Of a stretch of DNA of 64,000 nt, positions 61,400 through 64,000 are shown in pieces. The notes under the pieces were generated by a model that saw only the letters and a program-made list of their open reading frames with translations, was not told the DNA's origin and ran no database searches. Location of the stretch: NCBI GenBank assembly GCA_028534125.1, contig CM052818.1, positions 23,996,001 through 24,060,000 of the forward strand, in the 5' to 3' direction. Source of the stretch: Lama glama (taxonomy: Eukaryota). The translations under genes were made by a program, and so were the position numbers. Position 1 is the stretch's first letter, and each line of letters starts with the position of its first letter.

Positions 61400-62930
61400 C
61401 ACTTATTTTTAATTCTAGACATTTACTAAGAAGTTTTCAAACTGCACACTATGGAAACTTAGTGTCCCAGTAAGGTATTAGTACTAATTGTTAAACAATA
61501 ATGCTTACAGCCCACCATCCTCATGTTTTTTTTTTTTCTAAGTCTTTATTTTGTTTGCTTCTACCAAGGAGTAAGTTGTATCCTTCTCACTTTCCTGTCT
61601 TCTCATTTCCGTGTTCTCAATCACTGGTTAATATCCCCAAGGGAATCCTGATTTTACTGTTGTCCTATATCTGGAACAGTCACAGTCAAACATCTTTAGT
61701 GATTCATGTCCTTTCACACACACGTGCGCACACACTTAAGAGTCTTCATTCTCTCCTAGAATGTTGCCAATTAGCATTCTCTCTCTCATTTTTTTCTGGA
61801 CATTTGCTGTAAGTCACAGGGACCTTCACCACAAGCAGCTAAAGATAGATAATAGTATCAGCAAAACCAATGAAGTGCAATTATTAGTAAGGCCAAAAAG
61901 ATGGGGAAGAAAGAAGTGTTTACGAAAAAAAAAAGCACAACTATAACGTTGGTTGACTAAAGCCTTTCAGCCCCCCAATTAATTCTGGAATGAAAACTGC
62001 CTTAATTTTTTTCTCTGCTAGAATCTACTGTACACCAATGTTTGTGTAGTGCTCTCATTTATGTTAACTCTTAAATATACAGTGAGAGGCTTAAGGATTA
62101 AAAGAGAGCTTAGCTGCCTCTCCACTTTTTATTTAATTGCAATATCACTTAATTTTATGGTATCTAAACTGCACTGAATTATGTCAATAAAAAGCCTCCA
62201 ACTTTTCTATTCAGTCTGCTTTAAAGAAAGTTCAGTTCTTACTGGACTCCATCTTTGCCTTATTATACCTACATGTGATGTGTGGGGTTTGTTACAATTA
62301 ACTCTAGTTTGGAAATGTTAAGCTATGTACTTGAAATAACGGAGAAATAAAATGAAAGGTGTCATATACCCTTGAATGTAGAAATAAGGGCAAATCCTGC
62401 ACTGACAGATATTCCTAACACTTGGGAACGCATATTGCAAGTTTTTAGAAATATTTCACTGAAACAAAACCAATTGTTTTGTAAGCTTATCAGGAACATT
62501 GAAAATTCAAGGGTGACTTTTGCCTTAATAACTTTTATAACTCAAGAACTAGAGGAAGTAGGTATAAATCATGCAAGATGAACAACACATAATCCTGTTC
62601 CCGTTTCTTCCACAGGTCAGCAAATCAAAAGAATATCCTGCTACAGAACATTAATTTATATAATTGTATGAGTTAGTATGTGAAACTTACAAGGACATTC
62701 ATAGCATTTAGTCACAGTTCCTTTGGAAATTCAGCCACAATCTGAGTTTCTTCCATATCCTTCTTGTCTTCCACTGCCAATTTGTGTTTTATAAAAGTCT
62801 TATCACTTTAAAAGCTGTTTTAGTTTACATTCTAAAATACAATCAAGCATGTGGGTTAGAACAGAGAAACGCCTTAATGGGGAACAGAAGTGAGAAAAAC
62901 AGAACTGACATTTTGAATCTTATGGTTTGA

Positions 62931-63907
62931 GCTCAGCCAACTTAGTAACAACAACAACAACAAAAATCCTAATCCAAAAATGGGCACAAGACCTAAAAAA
63001 GCAACTTTTCAATTAAGACATATAAATGGCCAATAGGCACATGAAAAATGCATGATATCACTAACTATCAGAGAAATGCAAATCAAAACTACAATGCGGT
63101 AATCCTCCTCACACCAGTCAGAATGGCCATCATTAAAAAGTCCACAAACAATAAATGCTGGGAAGGGTGTGGAGGAAAGGGAACCTTCCTACACTGTTGG
63201 TGGGACTATAGTTTGGTGCAACCATTATGGAAAACAGTTATGGAGATTCCTCAAAAAACTAAAACTAGACTTACCATATGATCCAGAAATGCCACTCCTG
63301 AGCATATATCCAAAGGGAATTCTAATTCCAAAAGATACATGGACCCCAATGTTCATAGCAGCACTATTTACAGCAGCCAAGACATGGAAGCAACCTAAAT
63401 GTCCTTTGACAGAGGACTGGATAAAGAAGTTGTGGTATATTTATACAATGGAATACTACTCAGCCATAAAAAATAATAAAATAATGCTATTTGCAGCAAC
63501 ATTGATGGACATGGAGATTGTCATTCTAAGTGAAGTAAGCCAGAAAGAGAAAGAAAAATACCATATGATATCACTTATGGGTGGAATCTAAAAAATAAAG
63601 ACACAGATGAACTTATTTACAGAACAGAAACAGACTCACAGACATAGAAAACAAACTTATGGTTACCAGGGGGGGGAAAGGGGTGGGAAGGGATGGATAA
63701 ATTGGGAGTTTGGGGTTTATATACACTAACTACTATATATAAAATAGATGAAACTGCAAGGTCCTACTGTATAGCACAGGGAACTATATTCAATATATTG
63801 TAGTACCTATAGTGAAAAAGAATATATGTATGCATATGTATGACTAAAATATTATGCTGTACACCAGAAATTGACACAACATTGTAAACTGACTATACAT
63901 CAATAAA
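62931..63907 (+). mobile_element. Young L1, 5'-truncated (~1 kb; ORF2 C-terminus + 3'UTR)
   Basis: Track ORFs 63048-63281 and 63169-63591 are frameshifted L1 ORF2 C-terminus ([44 protein letters not shown]); probable TSD 62916-62930 / 63917-63931 (12/15 match). Confidence 0.95.
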
Positions 63908-64000
63908 GAGCAAATAAGTCTTATTGTTGGAAAACTGAATGACAAAGAATATACAATTTCTCAAGAAAGGTGTAGAATTAAACATGTTTGGTAAATAGGT

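Noticed and set aside
63048..63591. Longest ORF (140 aa) and its overlapping neighbour as a host gene
   Set aside because: Frameshifted LINE-1 ORF2 C-terminus in a 5'-truncated copy
1..64000. CRISPR array, operon-like or other novel multi-gene system, tRNA/rRNA/snRNA gene, CpG-island promoter, processed pseudogene
   Set aside because: No regularly spaced repeats, long non-TE ORFs, RNA-gene signatures or CpG-rich block were seen; the sequence is eutherian repeat-rich non-coding DNA

Overview
AT-rich, CpG-depleted mammalian non-coding DNA (large intron or intergenic region). No protein-coding exon of a recognisable gene, RNA gene, CpG island or CRISPR array is supported. A large part of the window is interspersed repeat: MIR, L2, L3/CR1, old L1 (L1ME/MC/MB/MA, HAL1), MaLR/ERVL/ERV1 LTRs, hAT-Charlie MITEs, and several younger L1 3' ends. 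The young L1 3'UTR type, plus the absence of recognisable lineage SINEs (Alu, B1/B2, Bov-A/tA/BovB, PRE1, SINEC, ERE), suggests a cetartiodactyl, most likely a camelid (inference). The ORFs in the track are L1 remnants or chance ORFs. I did not find a convincing novel multi-gene system. The most interesting signals are retrotransposition footprints: clustered 5' truncation points, a twin-primed inversion, a probable 3' transduction, a poly(A)-only insertion and a triple nesting. There are also a few candidate non-coding or micro-exons and some motif- or hairpin-rich unique segments. Repeat family names and most boundaries were assigned by eye from remembered consensus sequences and are approximate.
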